A stretch of 64,000 nt of DNA, taken from Dehalococcoidia bacterium. GTDB taxonomy: Bacteria > Chloroflexota > Dehalococcoidia > SHYD01. Every line of letters starts with the position of its first letter. Position 1 is the stretch's first letter. The translations under genes were made by a program, and so were the position numbers. Shown piece after piece: positions 9,432 through 17,670 of this stretch. A model generated the notes under the pieces. That model was not told the DNA's origin. It searched no databases and was given only the letters and a program-made list of their open reading frames with translations. The stretch lies in contig CBDDEI010000002.1 of assembly GCA_965226775.1 (NCBI GenBank), positions 2,082,467 through 2,146,466 on the forward strand, in the 5' to 3' direction.

Positions 9432-11192
9432 CTATTTGTCTATCCATGCATTGATCGTTGAGTAGCCTTGATCCAGGTGCGCGGTATAGTTCTTCACGTA
9501 AGGATGCCAGAAGAACGCATTAGGAGACCGGGCAATGGCAATTCCAAATGCCTCCTGATTGATGTAGGTGATTGCCTCTTTCATGATCGCCTGACGCTTC
9601 GTCGGATCACCCTCTCGCCGCTGCGCCTCAATGAGCCCCTTGAGTTTGTCGTCTTTCACACTCGTGTAGTTAAGACGCTGGTCGGGGTAGTAGTATCCGT
9701 ACAGGCTGTAGTCCGCATCTGGGCGTGGGTACTCTCCAAACCAGTGCATCTCAAACAAGCCCTTCTTCCGGTCTCGAGAAACTTCTGCACGGGGCCGCAC
9801 ATCAAACTCTACTGTAATCCCCACCATTTTGAGTTGGGCTTGCAATAGCTGCGCAAGGGAGCGCTCTTGATCGGTCCCTAAGTCTGTCAACAACGCGTAT
9901 GTGAAGCCATTTGGATAGCCAGCTTCGGTAAGGAGTTGCTTCGCCTTTTCCCGGTCAAAGGGCTGTAATGCCTTTATCTCTTCTTGCGTAAAGATGTCCA
10001 CAAAGGTGTTGGCGCCCGCCAACCCATACGTTCCGCCGCCTATAACCTTAATGAATTCATCGCGATCGATGGCCAAGGAGATGGCCTTACGCACCAGCTG
10101 ACTTTGGAAGGGCTCAAACAGATAGTTCATCAGCACGTAGCGGGGGGTGCCGGGGAAATCGTGGCGGAGCGCCTCAGGGTTCTGAGCTGCCAAGTCCTTG
10201 ATCCCCTGGCCGCTGGACGAGTTCATGACATCTAGCTGTCGCGTTTGGAATGCCGCAAATGCGGTCGCATCCTCCGGCAACACCAGGTAGCGAATGTCGT
10301 CTAAGTAGATTGAGTCCGCATCCCTATAGGTGGGGTTTTTCGTGAATACCGCTCTGGTACCCTTTTGGGTATCCGCCTCACTGTGTTGGAAGGGGCCAGT
10401 ACCCACAATATTCGTGGAAAAGTCCCCCTCAAGCTTCAAGAGCTCTTTCGGGTAGATGGGGTTGAACGCGCTGCTCGCATAAATTAAGAACGGCGCGAAC
10501 CCATCCTCGAACTTGACCACTACGGTGTAGTTGTCCGGCGTTGTGATGCTCTCAAGTCCGGCCCACATGAACCCGTTCTGGCTGGCCTTAAGATCGGAGA
10601 AGTCACCGGTGCTGGAAGTATAGTGATAGCTCCACTTCACATCCGCAGCGGTGAGCTCACGGCCGTTAACGGGAGCTATGTTGGCATACTTCACGCCCTT
10701 CTGGAGGTAAAAGGTAAAGGTCTTGGCATCGGCTGAAACCTCCCACCTCTCCGCCAGCTCCGGCGCAACGGTCTTATCGAAGTAATTAATGTTCGGATAA
10801 GGTGTTACCACTTGCTGTAGGAGACTGTCGTATGCAAGTCGGATGCCGTTGACATTGTTGGAATTCTGCCCGTTTATCCGCATATTCCAGTCTGTCATGT
10901 CCGTGGTGTTCCGAATCCTGAGCGTACCCCCGGTCTTCGGCTTTCCCATTGCATCGCCCTCGGTCTTCGCCATTGCGTCGTCCGTCTTGGGCTTCGCCAT
11001 AGCGTCGCCGCTCTCGGTCTTCGCCATTGCGTCGTCCGTCTTGGGCTTCTCCATTGCATCGCTGCTCTCGGTCTTCGCCGTTGTAGCGCTGCTACTAGAC
11101 GCAGCTGGCTGTGCGGGCGCGGCGGGGGCCGCGCAGGCTAGCGCGATCATCATAGAAGCGATCACTAGATAAAACACTGGCTTGAAATACAT
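9432..11192 (-). CDS. ABC transporter substrate-binding lipoprotein, family 5 (DppA/OppA/NikA-like), copy A
   Basis: Likely start ATG at 11190-11192 with a GGAGGA RBS (MYFKPVFYLVIASMMIALAC lipoprotein signal). DAMAKPKT tandem repeats, then a family-5 binding-protein domain. ORF-track start 11219 is upstream and in frame. Confidence 0.85.
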   Translation of the reverse strand: MYFKPVFYLVIASMMIALACAAPAAPAQPAASSSSATTAKTESSDAMEKPKTDDAMAKTESGDAMAKPKTDDAMAKTEGDAMGKPKTGGTLRIRNTTDMTDWNMRINGQNSNNVNGIRLAYDSLLQQVVTPYPNINYFDKTVAPELAERWEVSADAKTFTFYLQKGVKYANIAPVNGRELTAADVKWSYHYTSSTGDFSDLKASQNGFMWAGLESITTPDNYTVVVKFEDGFAPFLIYASSAFNPIYPKELLKLEGDFSTNIVGTGPFQHSEADTQKGTRAVFTKNPTYRDADSIYLDDIRYLVLPEDATAFAAFQTRQLDVMNSSSGQGIKDLAAQNPEALRHDFPGTPRYVLMNYLFEPFQSQLVRKAISLAIDRDEFIKVIGGGTYGLAGANTFVDIFTQEEIKALQPFDREKAKQLLTEAGYPNGFTYALLTDLGTDQERSLAQLLQAQLKMVGITVEFDVRPRAEVSRDRKKGLFEMHWFGEYPRPDADYSLYGYYYPDQRLNYTSVKDDKLKGLIEAQRREGDPTKRQAIMKEAITYINQEAFGIAIARSPNAFFWHPYVKNYTAHLDQGYSTINAWIDK

Positions 11193-11302
11193 CAAGTTCC
11201 TCCTTGTTCTCGGGGACAACCCACTCTTCAGCCACTGGCAAGGCCGCGGCTAAAGGAACCGCAACGTTTGTCCCTTACGTTGTACTTGAGATGCTAGTGC
11301 AG

Positions 11303-11333
11303 ATACATGAGTAATTCATGACGTGTTCATGAG
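11303..11333 (-). promoter_or_regulatory. Three direct TCATGA(A) repeats at 11-bp phasing upstream of binding-protein gene A (candidate response-regulator operator)
   Basis: aCATGAg, TTCATGA, TTCATGA at 11304, 11315 and 11326. An AACGT-N9-ACGTT palindrome lies nearer the gene. The same pattern is conserved in copy B. Confidence 0.35.
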
Positions 11334-11360
11334 AATTATCACGATCGGGCGCCATTGCGC

Positions 11361-11436
11361 GGTGGCCGTAGCCGAGAGGTTAAGGCGCATGGTTGTGGCC
11401 TAGGAGAACGTGGGTTCGAATCTCACCGTCCACCCA
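11361..11436 (+). tRNA. tRNA-His(GTG)-like second copy, probable pseudo-tRNA
   Basis: Same anticodon loop, but a C5-U68 mismatch in the acceptor stem, an A-G mismatch in the anticodon stem, a D-loop change and no upstream promoter. Confidence 0.55.
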
Positions 11437-11498
11437 TTCTCCCCCTGAGAGTGCTTCTCCTGCACCAAGCTTCCCCAACATCCCCAGTAATATAGAAA

Positions 11499-11532
11499 GC
11501 CGCCGCGAGCATAGCTCGCGGCGGCTTTCTTC
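11499..11532. terminator. Duplicated bidirectional terminator hairpin
   Basis: GCCGCCGCGAGC-atag-CTCGCGGCGGC TTTCTTC. Confidence 0.7.
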
Positions 11533-11578
11533 TAGCGGTCTGACGAGGAGATTAACCTCCCCTCATCTGCGCCTAGTG

Positions 11579-13339
11579 CTATTTGTCTATCCATGCATTG
11601 ATTGCTGGGTAGCCTTGATCCAGGTGCGCAGAATAGTTCTTCACGTAAGGATGCCAGAAGAACGCATTGGGAGACCGGGCAATGGCAATGCCAAACGCCT
11701 CTGTATTGATGTAGGTGATTGCTTCCTTCATGATCGCCCGACGCTTCGTCGGATCACCCTCTCGTCGCTGCGCCTCAATGTACGTCTTCAGCTTATCGTC
11801 TTTCACACTCGTGTAGTTAAGACGCTGGTCGGGGTAGTAGTATCCGTACAGGCTGTAGTCCGCGTCTGGGCGACCGTACTCGCCGAACCAGTGCATCTCA
11901 AACAAGCCCTTCTTCCGGTCTCGAGAAACTTCTGCACGAGGCCGCACATCAAACTCTACTGTAATCCCCACCGTTTTGAGCTGGGCTTGCAAGAGCTGCG
12001 CAAGGGAGCGCTCTTGATCGGTCCCTAAGTCTGTCAACAATGCGAATGTGAAGCCATTCGGGTAGCCAGCTTCAGTAAGGAGACTCTTCGCCTTTTCCCG
12101 GTCAAAGGGCTGTAATGCCTTTACCTCTTCTTGCGTGAAGATGTCCACAAAGGTGTTGGCGCCCGCCAACCCATACGTTCCGCCGCCCATAACCGTAATG
12201 AATTCATCCCGATCGATGGCCAGGGAGACGGCCTGACGCACTAGCTGACTTTGGAAGGCAGGAAACTGATAGTTCATCAGTACGTAGCGGGGAGTGCCGG
12301 GGTAATCTTGGCGGAGCGCCTCAGGGTTCTGAGTTGCCAAGTCCTTGATCCCCTGGCCGCTGGACGAGTTCATGACGTCTAGCTGTCGCGTTTGGAATGC
12401 CGCAAATGCGGTCGCATCCTCCGGCAACACCAGGTAGCGAATGTCGTCTAAGTAGATTGAGTCCGCATCCCTATAGGTGGGGTTTTTCGTGAATACCGCT
12501 CTGGTACCCTTTTGGGTATCCGCGTCACTGTGTTGGAAGGGGCCAGTACCCACAATATTCGTGGAAAAATCCCCCTCAAGCTTCAAGAGCTCTTTCGGGT
12601 AGATGGGGTTGAACGCGCTGCTCGCATAAGTTAAGAACGGCGCGAACCCATCCTTGAACTTGACCACTACGGTGTAGTTGTCCGGCGTTGTGATGCTATC
12701 AAGCCCGGCCCACATGAACCCGTTCTGGCTGGCCTTAAGATCGGAGAAGTCACCGGTGCTGGAAGTATAGTGATAGCTCCACTTCGCGTCCGCAGCGGTA
12801 AGCTCACGGCCGTTAACGGGAGCTATGTTGGCATACTTCACGCCCTTCTGGAGGTAGAAGGTGAAGGTCTTGGCATCGGCTGAAACCTCCCACCTCTCTG
12901 CCAGCTCCGGCTCAATGGTCTTGTCAAAGTAGTTAATGTTCGGATGAGGTGTTTCCCTCTGCTTTAAGAGACTGTCGTATGCAACGCGGATGCCGTTGAC
13001 ATTGTTGGAATTCTGCCCGTTTATCCGCATATTCCAGTCTGTCATGTCCGTGGTGTTCCGAATCCTGAGCGTACCGCCAGTCTTCGGCTTCCCCATTGCA
13101 TCGCCCTCGGTCTTCGCCATTGCGTCGTCCGTCTTGGGCTTCGCCATTGCGTCGCCGCTCTCGGTCTTCGCCATTGCGTCGTCCGTCTTAGGCTTCTCCA
13201 TGGCATCGCTGCTCTCGGTCTTCGCCGTTGCAGCGCTGCTACTAGACGCAGCTGGCTGTGCGGGCGCGGCGGGCGCCGCGCAGGCTAGTGCGATCATCAT
13301 CGAAGCGATCACTAAATAAAACACTGGCTTATATTGCAT
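11579..13339 (-). CDS. ABC transporter substrate-binding lipoprotein, family 5, copy B (about 90% identical to copy A)
   Basis: Likely start ATG at 13337-13339 with a GGAGGT RBS (MQYKPVFYLVIASMMIALAC). Same architecture as copy A. Confidence 0.85.
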   Translation of the reverse strand: MQYKPVFYLVIASMMIALACAAPAAPAQPAASSSSAATAKTESSDAMEKPKTDDAMAKTESGDAMAKPKTDDAMAKTEGDAMGKPKTGGTLRIRNTTDMTDWNMRINGQNSNNVNGIRVAYDSLLKQRETPHPNINYFDKTIEPELAERWEVSADAKTFTFYLQKGVKYANIAPVNGRELTAADAKWSYHYTSSTGDFSDLKASQNGFMWAGLDSITTPDNYTVVVKFKDGFAPFLTYASSAFNPIYPKELLKLEGDFSTNIVGTGPFQHSDADTQKGTRAVFTKNPTYRDADSIYLDDIRYLVLPEDATAFAAFQTRQLDVMNSSSGQGIKDLATQNPEALRQDYPGTPRYVLMNYQFPAFQSQLVRQAVSLAIDRDEFITVMGGGTYGLAGANTFVDIFTQEEVKALQPFDREKAKSLLTEAGYPNGFTFALLTDLGTDQERSLAQLLQAQLKTVGITVEFDVRPRAEVSRDRKKGLFEMHWFGEYGRPDADYSLYGYYYPDQRLNYTSVKDDKLKTYIEAQRREGDPTKRRAIMKEAITYINTEAFGIAIARSPNAFFWHPYVKNYSAHLDQGYPAINAWIDK

Positions 13340-13457
13340 TAAGCACCTCCTAAGTTCTTGGGATAACCCACTCTTCAGCCACAGGCAAGGCCGCGGCTGA
13401 AGAAACCGCAACGTTTGTCCCTTACGTTTACGTTGTAATTGAGATGCTATTGCAGAA

Positions 13458-13485
13458 ATATGAGTAATTCATGATGGATTCATGA
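13458..13485 (-). promoter_or_regulatory. TCATGA(A) phased direct repeats upstream of binding-protein gene B
   Basis: aTATGAg, TTCATGA, TTCATGA at 11-bp spacing. An AACGT...ACGTT palindrome is also conserved. Confidence 0.35.
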
Positions 13486-13632
13486 GAAATAGTAAGAGCG
13501 GCACTTTACCACACTTAACCACGCCTACCTCACTATAGCGTCATTGGGAACTCATGCGGCCCTAATCTAATGACCTTACAGTCCTAGCACCTGTACTTAC
13601 GAGCAGCATAGAGTAAGAAGGAGGTAGCCACA

Positions 13633-15507
13633 ATGAGTACTAAGGCATGGCTAGTAGCCCTGTCCATCAGCGCACTGCTGGTAAGTGCCTGCACTGCGGC
13701 CACACCCGCGGCGCCCGCTGAAACCAGCGGGTCCACGAGCAGCGGCGCCAGTAGCAGCAGCGACACCAGTAGCAGCACCAGTGGTACGAGCGACACCAGC
13801 AGCAGCACCAGTGGGACCAGCGACACCAGCAGCAGCACGAGCACCACCAGCAGCCCTAGCGCGACTCCTGTCCCCGCTGCCAGCAGTAGCAGTAGCACGA
13901 CCAGCACCACGGGCAGCGGCGAAACCAAGAAGGAAACCGGCGAAGCCGCAAAAGCCGAACAGGTGATGAAAGACACCGCCGGCAGCTCGGACGTCGTATG
14001 TGAAGAAGGCAAGGAGTCCTGGCGCTCCCCCGGTCCCCCCGTCCGCGGCGGCAGCCTTGTCTGGGCTACTTCGCCCGTCAGCCATCTCGAGAGCGGCGGC
14101 GCGTTCCAGGTCTACAACAGCCTGCTCCAAGAGCGTAAGTGCTTCGTCACCGACCGCGTCATCGTCCCCAGTCTCGCGAAGTCCTGGGAGGTCTCCCCTA
14201 ACGGCTTGACCTGGACCTTGAAGCTCAACGACAACGTGAAGTGGCAGAATATGCCCCCGGTCAACGGCAGAGCCTTCGACTCCTCCGACGTGGCCTGGAT
14301 GATTGACTACCAGAAGGAAAAAGGACGCGAGCGCGTCTGGTGGGAACACGTCAATTACACCACCCCAGACAAGTACACCATCGTCCTGACCCTTACCCGC
14401 CCTGACCCCGACTTTGTCTACAAGCTGGGGGCCGGCGCTAACCTCATGAAAGCCAAAGAGGTCTTTGAGCAGGACGCCGGCTTCCGCAAAACCGCCGTCG
14501 GCACCGGCGCCTATATGGCGCATGACTGGAAGACCGGCCAAGGCGTCACCGGCGTTAAGAATCCCGACTACTGGGAGACGGGCGCAGACGGCAAGCCTCT
14601 CCCCTACCTCGATGAGATCAAGAAGGTAGCTTTCGGCGATATCGCCGCGGAGTTGGCCGCAATGCGGGCCGGACAAACGCACCATCCCGGCACCTTTGGC
14701 TTCCGCCCCGACATGCTGAAGATCCTACGAGATAGTGATCTGAAGCTGACCTTCTACGACATCCTCCCTCCCATCCATGGCGCCGTGTGGTTCGATACTA
14801 CTTCTGCGCCCTGGAACGATAAGCGGGTGCGCCAAGCCACCCTGAAGTCCATCGACCGGGAATCGCTCATCATCTCCTTGCAGGGCGGCGTTGTTCACTC
14901 GGGCTATGTACCCGGCCCCTTTACCGATGCGGCCTGGTCTGAAGCAAAGACGATTGAGAAGTTCGCTCAGGACATCCCTGCCGCCAAGAAGCTCTTGGCC
15001 GAAGCCGGCTACGACGGCAGTGGCCCCCCCGCCAAGATGACTACCACCGGCCAGTATGCCCAAGAAGCCGAAGTGGTCCAAAACTTGATGAAGAAAGCTG
15101 GCTTCAACGTGGAGCTCGAGGTCGCGCCTGACCGCTCCTGGACCACCACCATGCGGAAGTTGAAGTTCGAGATCGGCTGGGGCGTCGCGGGAGGCTCCAT
15201 CACAGAGTTCCCGGTCTACTACCTCTGCCAGCTGGTGACCGATAACCCTCTGAACACAACTCGGTACGGTGATGCCACCATCGATAACCTGTGCGGAACC
15301 CAGGCCGTTGAGCTAGACCCCGCAAAGCGCAAGGCTATCTGGGATCAGCTCCAGGACCACCTCTATGACGTAGTGCCTTACGTGCCCACGGTCGGCACCA
15401 TCTACGGCATGGCTTTGGCCTGCGAAGTCAAAAACTACAAGCGTGTCCACACCGGCCGCAATCCCTCCGGATTCGTCCGGGCCTGGCTCGACAAGACCGG
15501 CTGCTAA
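13633..15507 (+). CDS. ABC transporter substrate-binding lipoprotein, family 5, with a Ser/Thr-rich tether
   Basis: Strong AAGGAGG RBS. LLVSAC lipobox. The DTSSSTSGTS tandem repeat is followed by a family-5 binding-protein domain. Confidence 0.85.
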   Translation: MSTKAWLVALSISALLVSACTAATPAAPAETSGSTSSGASSSSDTSSSTSGTSDTSSSTSGTSDTSSSTSTTSSPSATPVPAASSSSSTTSTTGSGETKKETGEAAKAEQVMKDTAGSSDVVCEEGKESWRSPGPPVRGGSLVWATSPVSHLESGGAFQVYNSLLQERKCFVTDRVIVPSLAKSWEVSPNGLTWTLKLNDNVKWQNMPPVNGRAFDSSDVAWMIDYQKEKGRERVWWEHVNYTTPDKYTIVLTLTRPDPDFVYKLGAGANLMKAKEVFEQDAGFRKTAVGTGAYMAHDWKTGQGVTGVKNPDYWETGADGKPLPYLDEIKKVAFGDIAAELAAMRAGQTHHPGTFGFRPDMLKILRDSDLKLTFYDILPPIHGAVWFDTTSAPWNDKRVRQATLKSIDRESLIISLQGGVVHSGYVPGPFTDAAWSEAKTIEKFAQDIPAAKKLLAEAGYDGSGPPAKMTTTGQYAQEAEVVQNLMKKAGFNVELEVAPDRSWTTTMRKLKFEIGWGVAGGSITEFPVYYLCQLVTDNPLNTTRYGDATIDNLCGTQAVELDPAKRKAIWDQLQDHLYDVVPYVPTVGTIYGMALACEVKNYKRVHTGRNPSGFVRAWLDKTGC

Positions 15508-15621
15508 CACCTAGCTAACAGTCGTTTCTAATTAAATAGCCGGCATCAGCTGCATTGGCCAAATAAGCTTGGTTAATGCAGTTGATGTCGGCTTGCATCA
15601 GAACACGTACCGAGTGGAGCC

Positions 15622-16461
15622 ATGAATTCACCAGAGCCAGGAGAGTGGCTGACGGAGTTGCGGGCCCTTTACGATAACGCCTTCAGTTACGATTGGGACC
15701 GGCACGTTGACCAACTCAATAAGCGGTATAAATTACACGGCAGCAGTAAGTTGGGCCTGCTGGTGCGTGGTCAACCACCTGCATGGTTTAACGGCGATGT
15801 AGAAGCTATCCAGCCGGACCGCTGGGTGTTGGTTGTCTCGCTAAGTCATCAGCTACCTAGCCAAGACCTCGAAGACCATGTACCCGATAGTTCGTGGCAA
15901 GCGTGTTGTCACAACAATGCCAGCTCAGTCATACAATATCCGCAGTTTTTCACGCGAGCGGCAGAACTTGCTGCTACGGCCCTGGAACACGAACACCTAC
16001 AACCAGAGGGGCCTCAGCTAACTGCGAAGGACCTAGTGTTTACCCAAATGTGTCCCTATACCTTCGGACGATTTGAGCCGCCTTTAAGCACAATCAGGAC
16101 AGTGGTAAGACGCGATATAGGCTGTCTTACCGCCGCATCAGTCGGGAGAATCCTCGTAGAGAAGGCCAGGCCCAAACTCATACTCGTCAACGGTAGTCCT
16201 ACCGTGCTTGAGTTTGACGCCATCTACGGCAGCAACCTTTCCTGGGAGGAAAAGCAGTACCCTTCAGAGAGCCACCCGCACCTAAAGCTATGGCACAGGG
16301 AGGGGTATTGGAAAACAGAGCAGGGCGCTATACCAGTAGTAGGAATCCCTCTCTTGGGCACCCAAGGAAGCCATGACTCTGCACTTGAACGCAAACAGCT
16401 GAACGCAGCAATACGAGAACTAGTTGCCTATCCGGTTGCTGCCTCCAACCTTAGCCCGTAG
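15622..16461 (+). CDS. Hypothetical protein in a compositionally atypical (low-GC) segment
   Basis: 279-aa ORF. By eye the GC is about 50% against about 63% in the flanks. No confidently recognisable domain. Confidence 0.55.
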   Translation: MNSPEPGEWLTELRALYDNAFSYDWDRHVDQLNKRYKLHGSSKLGLLVRGQPPAWFNGDVEAIQPDRWVLVVSLSHQLPSQDLEDHVPDSSWQACCHNNASSVIQYPQFFTRAAELAATALEHEHLQPEGPQLTAKDLVFTQMCPYTFGRFEPPLSTIRTVVRRDIGCLTAASVGRILVEKARPKLILVNGSPTVLEFDAIYGSNLSWEEKQYPSESHPHLKLWHREGYWKTEQGAIPVVGIPLLGTQGSHDSALERKQLNAAIRELVAYPVAASNLSP

Positions 16462-16587
16462 CATCTGCTTCCATACACCACCTACGGCGTAAACCCCTTC
16501 TGTGCTGGCCGAGCTGGCAGCAGCCTCAAGTTGCTGCTCAGACGAGCACCATACTAGCCGCTCAGTCTGCTACAATTTATTCGCCGT

Positions 16588-16663
16588 GCGCCCGTAGCTC
16601 AACGGATAGAGCATCAGACTTCGGATCTGAGGGTTGGGGGTTCGAGTCCCTCCGGGCGTACCA
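16588..16663 (+). tRNA. tRNA-Arg (anticodon TCG)
   Basis: Acceptor GCGCCCG/CGGGCGT (G1-U72), D-arm GCTCAACGGATAGAGC, anticodon loop CTTCGGA, T-loop TTCGAGT, CCA encoded. Confidence 0.8.
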
Positions 16664-16765
16664 TCTCTCTCTTGCTGACAACAGTGTCAAGCAGAGCTTG
16701 CAAGCGAACAAAAAAGGGGCCAGCCGTATAGGCTGGCCCCTTGCTCGTGTAGCGTCTAAAGATGG

Positions 16766-17341
16766 CTAGCTCTGAGTGAGCATCTCCTTTAGCTGGTCGA
16801 TGGTGGCCTGCCGCCACGTGCCCCAGTTCTCTTGCCGATAGCGGGCAGTGTGAGCCGCGCGCTCTTCCGGGGACATATTCTCAGTGCCGGCCCGCGCCTC
16901 ATTGATGTGCTCCTCGGCATACTTGGAGCGCTCTATGAAGTGGGTGATGTACTCGTGGTCTTTGGTGTAGAACACCAGGACGGGGATGGACTCAAACTCG
17001 CCATCCTTCTTGAACTCCTCCATGATGTCCTTGTGCTGGTCCCGCTCAAACACCCGCAGCTCCATGCCGCTGGCCTCTGCAATGCGCGCTATTACGGGAG
17101 TTTCCCTGTAGCAGTCCGGGCACCAATTCTCGGTAATAACCATAACTTTGGCCACACCGCCTGGTTGGGCCATAAGATTCTTGAAGTAGGCGGCATCCTC
17201 GTCGCTTACTGTCGTCGCTTCGTAGTTTTCGTCGTACCTGTCACCATACTCGGTGAAGGATGCCCTATAGTCTGCGTACGGTTTTCCAGTAGCAAACCGC
17301 TCCGGCGTCACCACACTCTGCTTACTTGTAACCATGGTCAA
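16766..17341 (-). CDS. Thioredoxin-fold protein (WCPDC active-site motif)
   Basis: A CxxC motif inside a thioredoxin-like region (ITENWCPDCYRETP). Confidence 0.6.
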   Translation of the reverse strand: MTMVTSKQSVVTPERFATGKPYADYRASFTEYGDRYDENYEATTVSDEDAAYFKNLMAQPGGVAKVMVITENWCPDCYRETPVIARIAEASGMELRVFERDQHKDIMEEFKKDGEFESIPVLVFYTKDHEYITHFIERSKYAEEHINEARAGTENMSPEERAAHTARYRQENWGTWRQATIDQLKEMLTQS

Positions 17342-17403
17342 CTACTCCTGTGTCCACTCTTAACGCGTGCCAATAGTGCCTAACCGCTCCATCGTTAGCT
17401 TGG

Positions 17404-17631
17404 TTAGCGGGGCTGTAGTAACGGCCCTCCCGGGTCCTTGACCGTTCCGTCTAGGGCGATAATTGCCGGCCGCTCTTCGCAATAATCACCAAACTCGCAC
17501 TTTTCAAAAAGAAATGCGCTCATATCCTTATCATAACGTATATTCCAGGAGCCCACTACGACACCGTCGGGCCCTAACTCAAGCTGCTGCTGCAACACCT
17601 GAAGCAATGCGTTGAGCTGTGCTTTCCCCAT
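17404..17631 (-). CDS. Small hypothetical protein (75 aa)
   Basis: An ORF located between two same-strand genes. No recognisable domain. Confidence 0.3.
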   Translation of the reverse strand: MGKAQLNALLQVLQQQLELGPDGVVVGSWNIRYDKDMSAFLFEKCEFGDYCEERPAIIALDGTVKDPGGPLLQPR

Positions 17632-17670
17632 TGTTCCTCCTCCTAAGCAGCTAAGCAGCGGGTTGCCGCT

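Larger units (their letters stand above)
9203..13495. repeat. Tandem segmental duplication, 2 x ~2146 bp (units 9203-11348 and 11349-13495)
   Basis: Both units contain tRNA-His(-like), the GC hairpin terminator, a family-5 binding-protein gene on the minus strand and its upstream regulatory region. The unit ends share ...catgagaa(t/a)ta. Confidence 0.85.

Noticed and set aside
10843-11172. Plus-strand 109-aa ORFs (also 12990-13319) and the poly-Leu/Val ORF 13584-14012
   Set aside because: These are antisense readings of the tandem tether repeats in the binding-protein genes. Their repetitive hydrophobic translations are artefacts.
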